Shown: piece by piece, positions 1-8,200 of the stretch | Numbering within the stretch: the first letter of the stretch is position 1 | How the letters are laid out: the number at the start of each line of letters is the position of its first letter | NCBI GenBank assembly: GCA_965223665.1 | Contig: OZ245011.1 | Span: 2,240,001 to 2,304,000, forward strand | Length of the DNA: 64,000 nucleotides | Reading direction: 5' to 3' | Origin: Nitrospinaceae bacterium | Lineage (GTDB): Bacteria; Nitrospinota; Nitrospinia; Nitrospinales; Nitrospinaceae | Position numbers and translations under genes: made by a program | The notes under the pieces: generated by a model | Databases searched by the model: none | What the model saw: only the letters and a program-made list of their open reading frames with translations | Told to the model about the DNA's origin: nothing

Positions 1-1
1 A

Positions 2-451
2 TTGGCTCCTATTTCAAATGAGACAGAAATTCAGGAAATTGAAGATTCCCTTGAAGCCACTAAAAAAAATGACTTGCACGGCGCCCAGGAGCACATTGAA
101 AAAGCTTTAAGTTTATTTGGAAAAAAACCAGACCCCGATTATAGAAATTCTATTAAAGAAGCTATTAGTGCAGTGGAATCCGTGGCAAAACTGCTTTCGA
201 AAAAAAGTTCTGCTGGGGTTTCTGATGCCCTAAAAACTCTACAAACCAAAATGGATTTGCATCCTGCTCTCAAGGCCGCGTTTGAAAAAATGTATGGTTA
301 TACCAGTGATGAAGACGGAATTCGTCACGCAATCTTAGAGGAATCCGATGTGGGTTTCGATGAGGCCAAATATATGATTGTTGCATGTTCCGCTTTTGTA
401 AATTTCCTAATTGCGAAAGCCGACTCGGCTGGATTGTTTCCAAATGAATAA
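2..451 (+). CDS. C-terminal part of AbiJ-like (abortive infection) protein with HEPN-type domain; 5' end outside window
   Basis: PDYRNSIKEAISAVES, LHPALKAAFEKMYGYTSDEDGIRHA and AKYMIVACSAFVNFL match the C-terminal region of AbiJ-NTD4-type proteins as I recall the family; ORF open at window edge. Confidence 0.65.
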   Translation: MAPISNETEIQEIEDSLEATKKNDLHGAQEHIEKALSLFGKKPDPDYRNSIKEAISAVESVAKLLSKKSSAGVSDALKTLQTKMDLHPALKAAFEKMYGYTSDEDGIRHAILEESDVGFDEAKYMIVACSAFVNFLIAKADSAGLFPNE

Positions 452-454
452 TTC

Positions 455-468
455 GAAGTCTGCTTTTT
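455..468 (+). repeat. Half copy of island palindromic motif (GAAGTCTGCTTTTT)
   Basis: Lies just after the stop at 451; resembles AACATCCGCTTTT (3379) and AACGTCCGCTTTT (4272). Confidence 0.45.
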
Positions 469-557
469 ATATACTTACCCTGAGTTAGCACTCCTATTGA
501 CAATCCCCCAAATTTAACATAAGGTTTTCCGATAAAACAACACTTGTTGGGGGAACC

Positions 558-1565
558 ATGGAAAAGCACTCACCGATTCCTGTTTTTGTTTTTATCGCCT
601 TCCTATTTATTCCAATTTCTAATGCTTATGCAGCTTGTAACAAACCAAGTGGCATACCGCAATTTGACTCAGACTCTTATTACCAATCAGCCATTGGTAA
701 AACTGGCGATTCGTTAAAATCCGAGTTAAATAAAATTATTAAGAAGCATCATAGACATTCTTATAGTTGCGTGTGGAATATACTTAGAGAATCGGATGAA
801 GATCCTGATAATCCAGACAATGTAATTCTTTTATACACAGGAAGAAGCCAGGACAAATCAAGAAGAGATCAAGGTGGGAATGATCAAAACGCTTGGAACA
901 GAGAACATGTTTGGGCCAAATCTCATGGATTTAAAAGTAAAGGGCAACATGCCCATACAGATGCGCACCACTTAAGACCTACAGATAAATCTGTTAACGC
1001 GGATAGAGGTAACAAGGATTTTGCAAACGGTGGTTCTCCCAATAATGAATGTACTTTATGTAAATCCACTTCTACAACATGGGAACCTCCTGATGCTGTA
1101 AAAGGAGACGTTGCCCGAATGATGTTTTACATGGTAGTTAGATATGAAGGAGAGGATCAATCAAGCACACCGGATTTAGAGCTTGTTGAAAGGTCAACAT
1201 TTGTTGGTTCTCCACGTTTTGGAAAACTGTGTGATTTGTACGGGTGGCATAAACAAGATCAAGTGAGTGATTGGGAAAAGCAAAGGAATTCAGTGGTTTA
1301 TTCCTGGCAGGGTAATAGCAATCCGTTTATTGATCATCCAGAGTTTGCTCAGGCAATCTGGGGTGAAAAGTGTCATGACACAGGACCAGTTGAGCCACCA
1401 GTGGACCCTGAGCCTGATCCAGAGATTCCAGATCCTGAGGTTCCTCAACCTGTACCTGACCACCCCGAACCGGAGGAGCCAAATCCCATTGACAAAGAAA
1501 AATTGGATGGAATTATCAAATCTTTAGAAGAGATTCTTGAAGAAATCCGAAAATTGAGAGAATAA
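558..1565 (+). CDS. Secreted endonuclease I family nuclease (EndA/Bsn-like) with Pro/Glu-rich linker and C-terminal short coiled coil
   Basis: Signal peptide ending AYA; WNREHVWAKSHG, TDAHHLRPTD, NADRGNKDF, KGDVARMMFYMVVRY and QGNSNPFIDHPE motifs. Confidence 0.85.
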   Translation: MEKHSPIPVFVFIAFLFIPISNAYAACNKPSGIPQFDSDSYYQSAIGKTGDSLKSELNKIIKKHHRHSYSCVWNILRESDEDPDNPDNVILLYTGRSQDKSRRDQGGNDQNAWNREHVWAKSHGFKSKGQHAHTDAHHLRPTDKSVNADRGNKDFANGGSPNNECTLCKSTSTTWEPPDAVKGDVARMMFYMVVRYEGEDQSSTPDLELVERSTFVGSPRFGKLCDLYGWHKQDQVSDWEKQRNSVVYSWQGNSNPFIDHPEFAQAIWGEKCHDTGPVEPPVDPEPDPEIPDPEVPQPVPDHPEPEEPNPIDKEKLDGIIKSLEEILEEIRKLRE

Positions 1566-1567
1566 CT

Positions 1568-1756
1568 ATGGCCATCTTTGAACCCTACCGCTGCCACAAA
1601 TGCTTTGAGGAGATTACCTTGGTTCAACCTCAAGCTAAGGATGGTGAGCCCAAAGGAAAAGCAAAGGTTGAATGTATATTTTGTGGATGGAATCAGGAGT
1701 ATCAACTATATAACGGGCAAAAAAATGAGGAATTAATTAATGACAAAAAAGAGTAA
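1568..1756 (+). CDS. Small zinc-ribbon protein
   Basis: CHKC ... CIFC pairs; ATG 2 nt after the nuclease stop. Confidence 0.5.
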   Translation: MAIFEPYRCHKCFEEITLVQPQAKDGEPKGKAKVECIFCGWNQEYQLYNGQKNEELINDKKE

Positions 1757-1922
1757 CGGAGGCAACCGAGAGGAAGTTCCATTGGAAAAAATTGTGATTT
1801 CGAATATGTATAGTATAGAGGGAATAATCAATTTGCTGGTGAAGAAAGAGATAATCACAAAAGAAGAAGTGTTGAAGGAGATGGAACTGGTGGTGAAGGA
1901 GAAGAGAAATACTGAGTCCTAA
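1740..1922 (+). CDS. Small hypothetical protein
   Basis: GAGGA RBS, overlaps upstream ORF; LLVKKEIITKEEV helical motif. Confidence 0.5.
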   Translation: MTKKSNGGNREEVPLEKIVISNMYSIEGIINLLVKKEIITKEEVLKEMELVVKEKRNTES

Positions 1923-1955
1923 AAATGGTTTGAAGGTTATACATTCACTAACGGA

Positions 1956-1983
1956 GGGCTGCTTTCGACCCAAAGCGAACATT
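1956..1983 (+). repeat. Island palindromic motif (GCTTTCGACCCAAAGCGAACATT)
   Basis: Hairpin GCTTT-CGACCC-AAAGC; core CGACCCAAAGC recurs at 2169 and 3438. Confidence 0.75.
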
Positions 1984-2163
1984 TCCCAGAGATCTGCTTA
2001 ATGATTTGGCAACAACCCATCCCTAAGTTATGGATCCACTCAAGCCGCAGTTTGATGAAGAAATCGGTCAAGCTTTCAGGGAAAATTAATATGCCAATTT
2101 TTTCTTGATTACTTATACCCATTGGAATAGGCTTGGGGAAAACCACGAATAAAAGATGTGGTG

Positions 2164-2186
2164 GCTATCGACCCAAAGCAGACATT
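2164..2186 (+). repeat. Island palindromic motif (GCTATCGACCCAAAGCAGACATT)
   Basis: Near-identical to the 1961-1983 copy; 30 nt upstream of the Shedu start. Confidence 0.75.
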
Positions 2187-2216
2187 AGGCCATTAACATG
2201 AGGTGGAAACGAAGGC

Positions 2217-3380
2217 ATGAAAGAAATTATTACTAAATCCACATCACGAGTGACGGCTCAAGTTTCCGATATTGCTCTTAGGGAGACTATTACTACACGC
2301 TTGATATTTCGTCCCATCATAATAGACAATCCCAATAATCGTGAAGCTTCTATAAAGGGTAATTTTCTATTTCAAAGAAAATCGAAAAACTCTCAATGGG
2401 AAGATTTTGAAACTACCCCTTTATCTAAGCTTAAAAGTGGGGAAGGTTTTAAGCTTGAACTTAAGTCTAGTGAATTACTTAAATTAGTAGATGAGATTAA
2501 ACCTTTATATGATCTCCATAAAAATGAAGGTGTTCCCAGAGGTCAAAAGAAATTCGTTCGCGCAACCCCACAACTTGAACAACTAGCATCTCTTACTGAT
2601 GATGATATTTCCAATTATTTAGATGCTAATACTACGATTGGTGCAACATTATTAACAAAACTATTAAATTGGGCTATAAACCTCGATGATCCAACCCCTC
2701 TAATCGAACGATTGGTTGAGCTTAATCCTAAATCTCTTGAAAAATTAAATGCTGCAGTGGGGCTGCAAAGTCTAAAAACTGCACTCGCTACTTGGCAGAA
2801 AAACGTGTGCAATTCAGATGAAGAATTTTGGCAGAAGACTTTAACAGAACATTCATTCGTACTAGAGCAAGCATTTTCATGGCCAACTTCAATTGTCAAA
2901 GGAAAGGCATATGTAAGTGGAAAGTCTGTATTTAACACAGGCGGTAATCTAGTAGATTTTTTGATGAAAAACAGCCTAACTCAAAGTGCTGCCCTTATTG
3001 AAATTAAAACACCTTCAACAAATTTAGTGGGACCTGAATATCGTACAGGAATTTACAATATATCAAGTGAGTTATCTGGCTCGATAATGCAAATTTTGAA
3101 TTATAAGCATTCATTGCAAGAAGACTTCACCATTTTAACAAAAGAGACACCTGATCTTTTCGATTCTTTTAATCCACAGTGTGTAGTAATAGTCGGTAAT
3201 ACTGGGAACGAACTAGATAATCAAAATAAGACGAAGTCATTCGAGCTATATCGCCATCAGTTCCAAAGTGTAACAATAATCTCATACGATGAATTGTTTC
3301 AAAAAATTAAAAACCTTATTAGATTACTGGAAAATCCTATTGAAAATGAAAGTTTTGACGAAGCTGAAATTCCTTTTTAA
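2217..3380 (+). CDS. sduA: Shedu anti-phage nuclease (DUF4263)
   Basis: C-terminal EEFWQKTL..DFL..LIEIKTP..ELSGSIMQILNY..IISYDELF pattern of the Shedu PD-(D/E)xK domain; variable N-terminal domain. Confidence 0.85.
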   Translation: MKEIITKSTSRVTAQVSDIALRETITTRLIFRPIIIDNPNNREASIKGNFLFQRKSKNSQWEDFETTPLSKLKSGEGFKLELKSSELLKLVDEIKPLYDLHKNEGVPRGQKKFVRATPQLEQLASLTDDDISNYLDANTTIGATLLTKLLNWAINLDDPTPLIERLVELNPKSLEKLNAAVGLQSLKTALATWQKNVCNSDEEFWQKTLTEHSFVLEQAFSWPTSIVKGKAYVSGKSVFNTGGNLVDFLMKNSLTQSAALIEIKTPSTNLVGPEYRTGIYNISSELSGSIMQILNYKHSLQEDFTILTKETPDLFDSFNPQCVVIVGNTGNELDNQNKTKSFELYRHQFQSVTIISYDELFQKIKNLIRLLENPIENESFDEAEIPF

Positions 3381-3454
3381 CATCCGCTTTTAGCCGACAG
3401 CGGTAGTTGGGCGTAATCTCTGTTGAAGGACAGATACCGACCCAAAGCGGGCAT
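3379..3454 (+). repeat. Full two-part intergenic palindromic element between sduA and next gene
   Basis: AACATCCGCTTTTAGCCGACAGCGG...GATACCGACCCAAAGCGGGCAT; outer arms are imperfect inverted repeats; overlaps the sduA stop codon. Confidence 0.7.
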
Positions 3455-3530
3455 CCGTCTATATAATTATTCATGAATTTTTTTTGGAATTTTCAGGTTT
3501 TATTTCTTGAAAGAGGAGCCAAGGCGATTT

Positions 3531-4259
3531 ATGAGTGACGACAACAAAGAAGTTAAGAGCTCAAGCGGTTGTAACTGGTACGTTTTTGTTCCATCATTTT
3601 TATTCCTATTGTCGGGGACATTGTTTTTTGGGGTAAAAGAACAACCCGCAGAAATGGGTCTAGCTATTATCGCCGGAGCCATAGGAATGGCCTTTTCCAG
3701 CCTAGATAAATTTGAGTTTTTTAAAGGTGCCGGTTTCGAGGCAAAAACAAGGGAACTTCGGAAAGTCGTTACCGAGGGGAATGAAACTCTTGAAAGGCTT
3801 AGGACGGTTACACTTTTTTCGGCAGAATCAGTTTTGACGCAAGTCATAGCAATGGGCAGATGGGGGGTGGATCTAAGACTAAGAAATGAAACCAAAGCCA
3901 AGGTGGACAGAATTTTAAAGATTATAAATGCCAATCCAGATGAAATCGCCGAAGTTGAAAAGTATTGGAGGAAATACACAATCTGTGATTACATCTTCCA
4001 TATTTTAGGAGGAAGCACAGTACCGGACGGGTTTGATGGAGACGAAACAAAGGAATGGCAGGAGCTTAGGAGGGGTCTTATAGATAACCCACCCAGCCCT
4101 AAAAAATTACGAGACTTTCTAACGAAGTACGGCATGCTCGACACGGAGAGAGAAGGTTTGATAAAGGATTACGAATATTATCTGGAAAACTCTATCCACA
4201 GGGATGAAGAAGCATGGGAAAACCGAGTTGACAAGAGATTGGTTAAAAACTCTTCCTGA
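3531..4259 (+). CDS. Hypothetical protein with N-terminal two-TM hairpin (candidate defence gene)
   Basis: GAGGAG then ATG at 3531; two hydrophobic segments followed by a helical soluble domain; defence-island context. Confidence 0.7.
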   Translation: MSDDNKEVKSSSGCNWYVFVPSFLFLLSGTLFFGVKEQPAEMGLAIIAGAIGMAFSSLDKFEFFKGAGFEAKTRELRKVVTEGNETLERLRTVTLFSAESVLTQVIAMGRWGVDLRLRNETKAKVDRILKIINANPDEIAEVEKYWRKYTICDYIFHILGGSTVPDGFDGDETKEWQELRRGLIDNPPSPKKLRDFLTKYGMLDTEREGLIKDYEYYLENSIHRDEEAWENRVDKRLVKNSS

Positions 4260-4271
4260 ATTATTTTCTTA

Positions 4272-4291
4272 AACGTCCGCTTTTGGCCCAA
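4272..4291 (+). repeat. Half copy of island palindromic motif (AACGTCCGCTTTTGGCCCAA)
   Basis: 12 nt after the stop at 4259; matches the 3379 left arm. Confidence 0.65.
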
Positions 4292-4352
4292 GGTTGAAGC
4301 GCAAGGCCAAAAAAAAAACAAACTCCCTATTCTCTCCTGGCAAAGTTTCAGA

Positions 4353-4385
4353 TTGCACTTCCACCTATCTTGTGCCAAAATGTCA
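4353..4385 (+). promoter_or_regulatory. Putative sigma70 promoter of the methyltransferase operon with overlapping imperfect palindrome
   Basis: TTGCAC-17 nt-CAAAAT with extended TG; TGCCA-AAA-TGTCA overlaps the -10 box. Confidence 0.35.
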
Positions 4386-4405
4386 AAAATATTCCCAGAT
4401 GAGGA

Positions 4406-5701
4406 ATGATGGCAAAAAATCAAAATCAGACAGAATTTGCAAAGCTTCTTAAAAACACAGGGTTTTCCAAGGTAGAGCTTGCCGAACGCATCGGATACAA
4501 CGTCAGAACTATTTACCGGTGGGAGAAAGGAGAAACCCGCCCGAGAAAAGCCATCCTGGATCTTGTCCGTGAAGTAGCAGCTTCTTCCGGAAAAATTCGC
4601 AATCGTTCTCCCAAGGAGTTTGGTTTTAATTTCATTGATCTTTTCGCCGGTATAGGTGGACTCCGGGCAGGGTTTGAAAAAATTGGCGGGAAATGCGTTT
4701 TCACCAGTGAATGGAATGAGCCCTGTCTCCATACCTATCGGGCCAACTTCTCTTGTGATCATGAAATTGAGGGAGATATCACAAAGGTTCCTGAGCACAA
4801 GGTTCCACCTCATGATGTTTTACTGGCGGGTTTTCCCTGCCAGCCTTTTTCCATTGCGGGAGTTTCAAAGAAAAATGCCCTTGGCAGACCACACGGTTTT
4901 TTGTGTGACGCGCAGGGGACCCTGTTTTTTGATGTCGCCCGAATCATTGCGCACCACAAGCCCGCTGTCTTTCTCCTTGAGAATGTAAAAAACCTGATAA
5001 GCCATGACAAGGGAAATACCTTTCGTGTGATCAGGAAAACCCTGGAAGAGGAACTTGGTTATCATATTGACTGGCGGGTAATAAATGCCAAACCCTTTGT
5101 CCCCCAGAACAGGGAAAGAATTTTTATTGCCGGTTTCAGGGAAAATACAAGGTTTGATTTTAATGATCTGGTTTTACCCCCCGAAGAAAACTGGCCTTCT
5201 ATGGTTTCCGTTCTCCATCCGGAAGACGGCTCAGAGCCGGATGAACCACCCTATACCATTGGATCGAGGGGAAAGGTTAATCCCAAATACACCCTTTCTG
5301 AAAAATTATGGACCTATCTTCAAAACTATGCCCAAAAGCATCGCGAAAAAGGCAATGGTTTCGGGTTCGGTCTGGTTGGTAAAAACGACGTAGCCCGAAC
5401 ACTGTCAGCCAGATACTACAAGGATGGTTCTGAAGTTCTGGTACGTCAACGCGGAAGAAGGCCACGCCGCCTGACCCCCCGCGAGTGTGCCCGTCTTATG
5501 GGATTTGATCAGCCAGGGAAACCTCTCTTCCGGATCCCTGTTTCTGATACACAAGCCTATAAACAGTTTGGCAATGCAGTTGTGGTTCCGGTTGTCGAGG
5601 CCGTTGCCGGGTTTATGCTTCCTCATATCCAGCAGGTGATTCATGGAAATTCAAGGCAACAAAAACTTTTTTCTGAAGAGATGCTGTTAGAAGCCGTTTG
5701 A
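4406..5701 (+). CDS. dcm: C5-cytosine DNA methyltransferase (Dcm/M.EcoRII-like, likely CCWGG) with N-terminal HTH
   Basis: [54 protein letters not shown]-terminal [23 protein letters not shown]. Confidence 0.92.
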   Translation: MMAKNQNQTEFAKLLKNTGFSKVELAERIGYNVRTIYRWEKGETRPRKAILDLVREVAASSGKIRNRSPKEFGFNFIDLFAGIGGLRAGFEKIGGKCVFTSEWNEPCLHTYRANFSCDHEIEGDITKVPEHKVPPHDVLLAGFPCQPFSIAGVSKKNALGRPHGFLCDAQGTLFFDVARIIAHHKPAVFLLENVKNLISHDKGNTFRVIRKTLEEELGYHIDWRVINAKPFVPQNRERIFIAGFRENTRFDFNDLVLPPEENWPSMVSVLHPEDGSEPDEPPYTIGSRGKVNPKYTLSEKLWTYLQNYAQKHREKGNGFGFGLVGKNDVARTLSARYYKDGSEVLVRQRGRRPRRLTPRECARLMGFDQPGKPLFRIPVSDTQAYKQFGNAVVVPVVEAVAGFMLPHIQQVIHGNSRQQKLFSEEMLLEAV

Positions 5702-5705
5702 AGCT

Positions 5706-6176
5706 ATGGCTGACATTGTATCCCCCGAAACCCGCAGTCGCATGATGTCCGGAATAAAGGGAAAGGATACTCGCCCTGAACTTTTGATCAGAAAAGGACT
5801 TCATGCCAAAGGACACAGATACCGTCTTCATGTAAAAAGTCTTTCCGGCAAACCTGATCTGGTTTTTCCGAAATACAGGGCTGTTATTCTGGTTCATGGT
5901 TGTTTCTGGCATGGCCATAACTGCCATCTTTTTAAATGGCCATCCACAAGGAAGGATTTCTGGCGTCAAAAGATCACTGGAAATCAGAAAAATGATTCCA
6001 AAAACCTTGCAGCCCTGAAAGAAGATAACTGGAGAGTTATGACCATATGGGAATGTGCCCTCAAGGGCCGCGAACGAATTCCCCTGAATGAAATAATCGA
6101 TAAGGCAGCTGAGTGGCTGTTATCAAACAGGCTCGCAATGGAAATCAGGGGAAGAAAAAAAAGAGATCGGGAATGA
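5706..6176 (+). CDS. vsr: Very short patch repair endonuclease
   Basis: MADIVSPETRSRMMSGIKGKDTRPE, GKPDLV, HGCFWHGH, WECAL. Confidence 0.95.
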   Translation: MADIVSPETRSRMMSGIKGKDTRPELLIRKGLHAKGHRYRLHVKSLSGKPDLVFPKYRAVILVHGCFWHGHNCHLFKWPSTRKDFWRQKITGNQKNDSKNLAALKEDNWRVMTIWECALKGRERIPLNEIIDKAAEWLLSNRLAMEIRGRKKRDRE

Positions 6177-7390
6177 AAAAAGGTTTTCTGTCCGAATATT
6201 TTGAAGGCGTTGCTGCCAAACGATTGAGTGTCGTTGAAGTTGACCCTGCCAGCTCAAACCAGCATGAATTTAATGGAGTGAAAGCCCTGAAACAACTTCT
6301 CGGACCTGAAAGGTTAAATGATATTCCTGTCCGTTTTGTCTGGCTTGGTGAAGAAAACGAAGGTTTGTCTGAAGATTCCCATGTGACCTGGTATGATTCG
6401 CGGGAAAACCATCCGACAAGATCAGAATACCGCCTTTACTTCAAGTCCAACCCGGTCATGGAAATGGCCCGTGAAGGTGATTTGCTGGTTGTTGCCAAAA
6501 GACCTGGTGGTGAACTGATGATAATTATTGCGAGTCAGGGGACTACTATAGAAAACCAGTTGATATGGCTTTTCGGAGTTTCCGTCCAGATAGGGACAGG
6601 TTTTGAGTTTCGGGAGTTGGATGAGCAACAGGATATGGAAGTTGATTTTGCTGTCCGCTTTATTCTGGAAGAACTCGGAATTGAAATTGAGGAACCGGAA
6701 GCCGACCTGTTTGACAGGTTGCTTGAACCTTTTCAGGGCATGTTCCCCAAGACTGCCGAATTTTCTGCCTTTGCAAGAAAAACCCTCTCTGATGTTTCAC
6801 CCATGGATGACCCGGACGCGGCCCTGATAGCCTGGATAGAAAGAGAGGAAAAACTTTTCAGGAGACTGGAACGACACATTGTTTCTGACCGTTTAAAGGA
6901 AGGATTTGCCGGGCCCGAGGGTGCGGATGTAGATGGCTTTATCAGTTTTTCGCTTAGTGTCCAGAATCGCCGAAAATCAAGAATGGGATACTCTCTGGAA
7001 CACCATCTTGAAGAAATATTTTGTTTGCGGGGTATCCGGTATGACAGGAATAAAGTAACTGAAAACAATTCCAAACCGGATTTTTTGTTTCCAGGACAAA
7101 CAGAATATAGGGACCAAAACTTTTCTTCCCTGAAACTTTCCATGCTGGGTGTAAAATCAACCTGCAAGGATCGATGGCGACAGGTTCTTTCCGAGGCCGC
7201 CAGAATACCGGACAAACATCTGCTTACACTGGAACCCGGTATTAGTGAGAACCAGACAAAAGAAATGATGTCCAACCGGCTTCAGCTTGTCATTCCAACC
7301 GGTCTTCATGAGACCTATCAACCTGCCCAGAAGGAATGGCTTATGAATGTAACAGAATTTATCCAACTGGTTCAGGAGCGTCAGGAATGA
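6173..7390 (+). CDS. EcoRII-family type II restriction endonuclease
   Basis: SNQHEFNG N-terminal motif; SVQNRRKSRMG, KPDFLFP, KSTCKDRWRQVLSEA of the EcoRII catalytic domain; ATGA overlap with vsr stop. Confidence 0.88.
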   Translation: MKKGFLSEYFEGVAAKRLSVVEVDPASSNQHEFNGVKALKQLLGPERLNDIPVRFVWLGEENEGLSEDSHVTWYDSRENHPTRSEYRLYFKSNPVMEMAREGDLLVVAKRPGGELMIIIASQGTTIENQLIWLFGVSVQIGTGFEFRELDEQQDMEVDFAVRFILEELGIEIEEPEADLFDRLLEPFQGMFPKTAEFSAFARKTLSDVSPMDDPDAALIAWIEREEKLFRRLERHIVSDRLKEGFAGPEGADVDGFISFSLSVQNRRKSRMGYSLEHHLEEIFCLRGIRYDRNKVTENNSKPDFLFPGQTEYRDQNFSSLKLSMLGVKSTCKDRWRQVLSEAARIPDKHLLTLEPGISENQTKEMMSNRLQLVIPTGLHETYQPAQKEWLMNVTEFIQLVQERQE

Positions 7391-7470
7391 AAATGATTTG
7401 ACGAACAAGAAATGATCACCCTACGCCTAATAGGACATGGGGTTTATTGTCCTTTCGCCCACGTCCCGTT

Positions 7471-8200
7471 AACACTACCCTTCCTTTTTTTCATCTCCGG
7501 CTTGGGCTTGCATCCGTAAACCGAAAGGAGTAGGATTTGGAGTAATTTCCGTTCTATATTATATGGGCTTAGAAATCTGTTAATCCTCATTGGAAAATTT
7601 GATGGCTGAACCTAGTTCCAAAAATCAGGATTCCAAAAACACCAAAACCCACGACACCGTCATGGGCGATAAAGTCGTGGGAGACAAAGTAATAGGCGAT
7701 AAGGTTGGAGGTGACAAGTTTACGGGTGACAAATTTGTTATTGGTATCACCTTAGAAGAACATCACGCGTATTTGCAAAAACGGGAAGCGCAAATCCGCG
7801 CAGAGTTGGCGGAAGAACGCGGGAAAGATCAGGATCGGATTCAGGAATTAGAACTGGAGTTAAGTGCCATTGAAGGCAAACAGGCCAACCTGGAACAATC
7901 TCATAAAGATTATATTGAACAACTGGAAGCTACCAACACGGATTTACAGAAATTCAAAGATCAGTTTTCTCCCGAACAAATGCAGCAAGCCGAAGAAGCT
8001 TTAGCAAGAGGTGATTTATCTGAAGCCGATCAGTTATTTAAAGAACTGGAAGAAAATAAAGAGCGACTGATTTTAATTGAAGAACAAGCCCTGGTCCATT
8101 ATAGGAGAGGAAAAATTGCCCAAGATTCAGTGAACTACCGGGAGGCCTTGAAGCAATACGAACGCGCCTCGCAACTGGCACCAGAGAATGGAACTTATTT
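7471..8200 (+). repeat. Copy 1 of diverged direct duplication (upstream region plus 5' part of TPR gene)
   Basis: Shares GGCTTGGGCTTGCATCCG.AAACCGAAAGGAGTAGGATTTGGA and the coding 5' region with 10148-10880. Confidence 0.9.

Noticed and set aside
7425-7473. attC-like site (GCCTAAT...AGGACA/TGTCCT...GTTAAC)
   Set aside because: Too short and cores do not fit RYYYAAC/GTTRRRY; more likely a simple hairpin after the R-M operon
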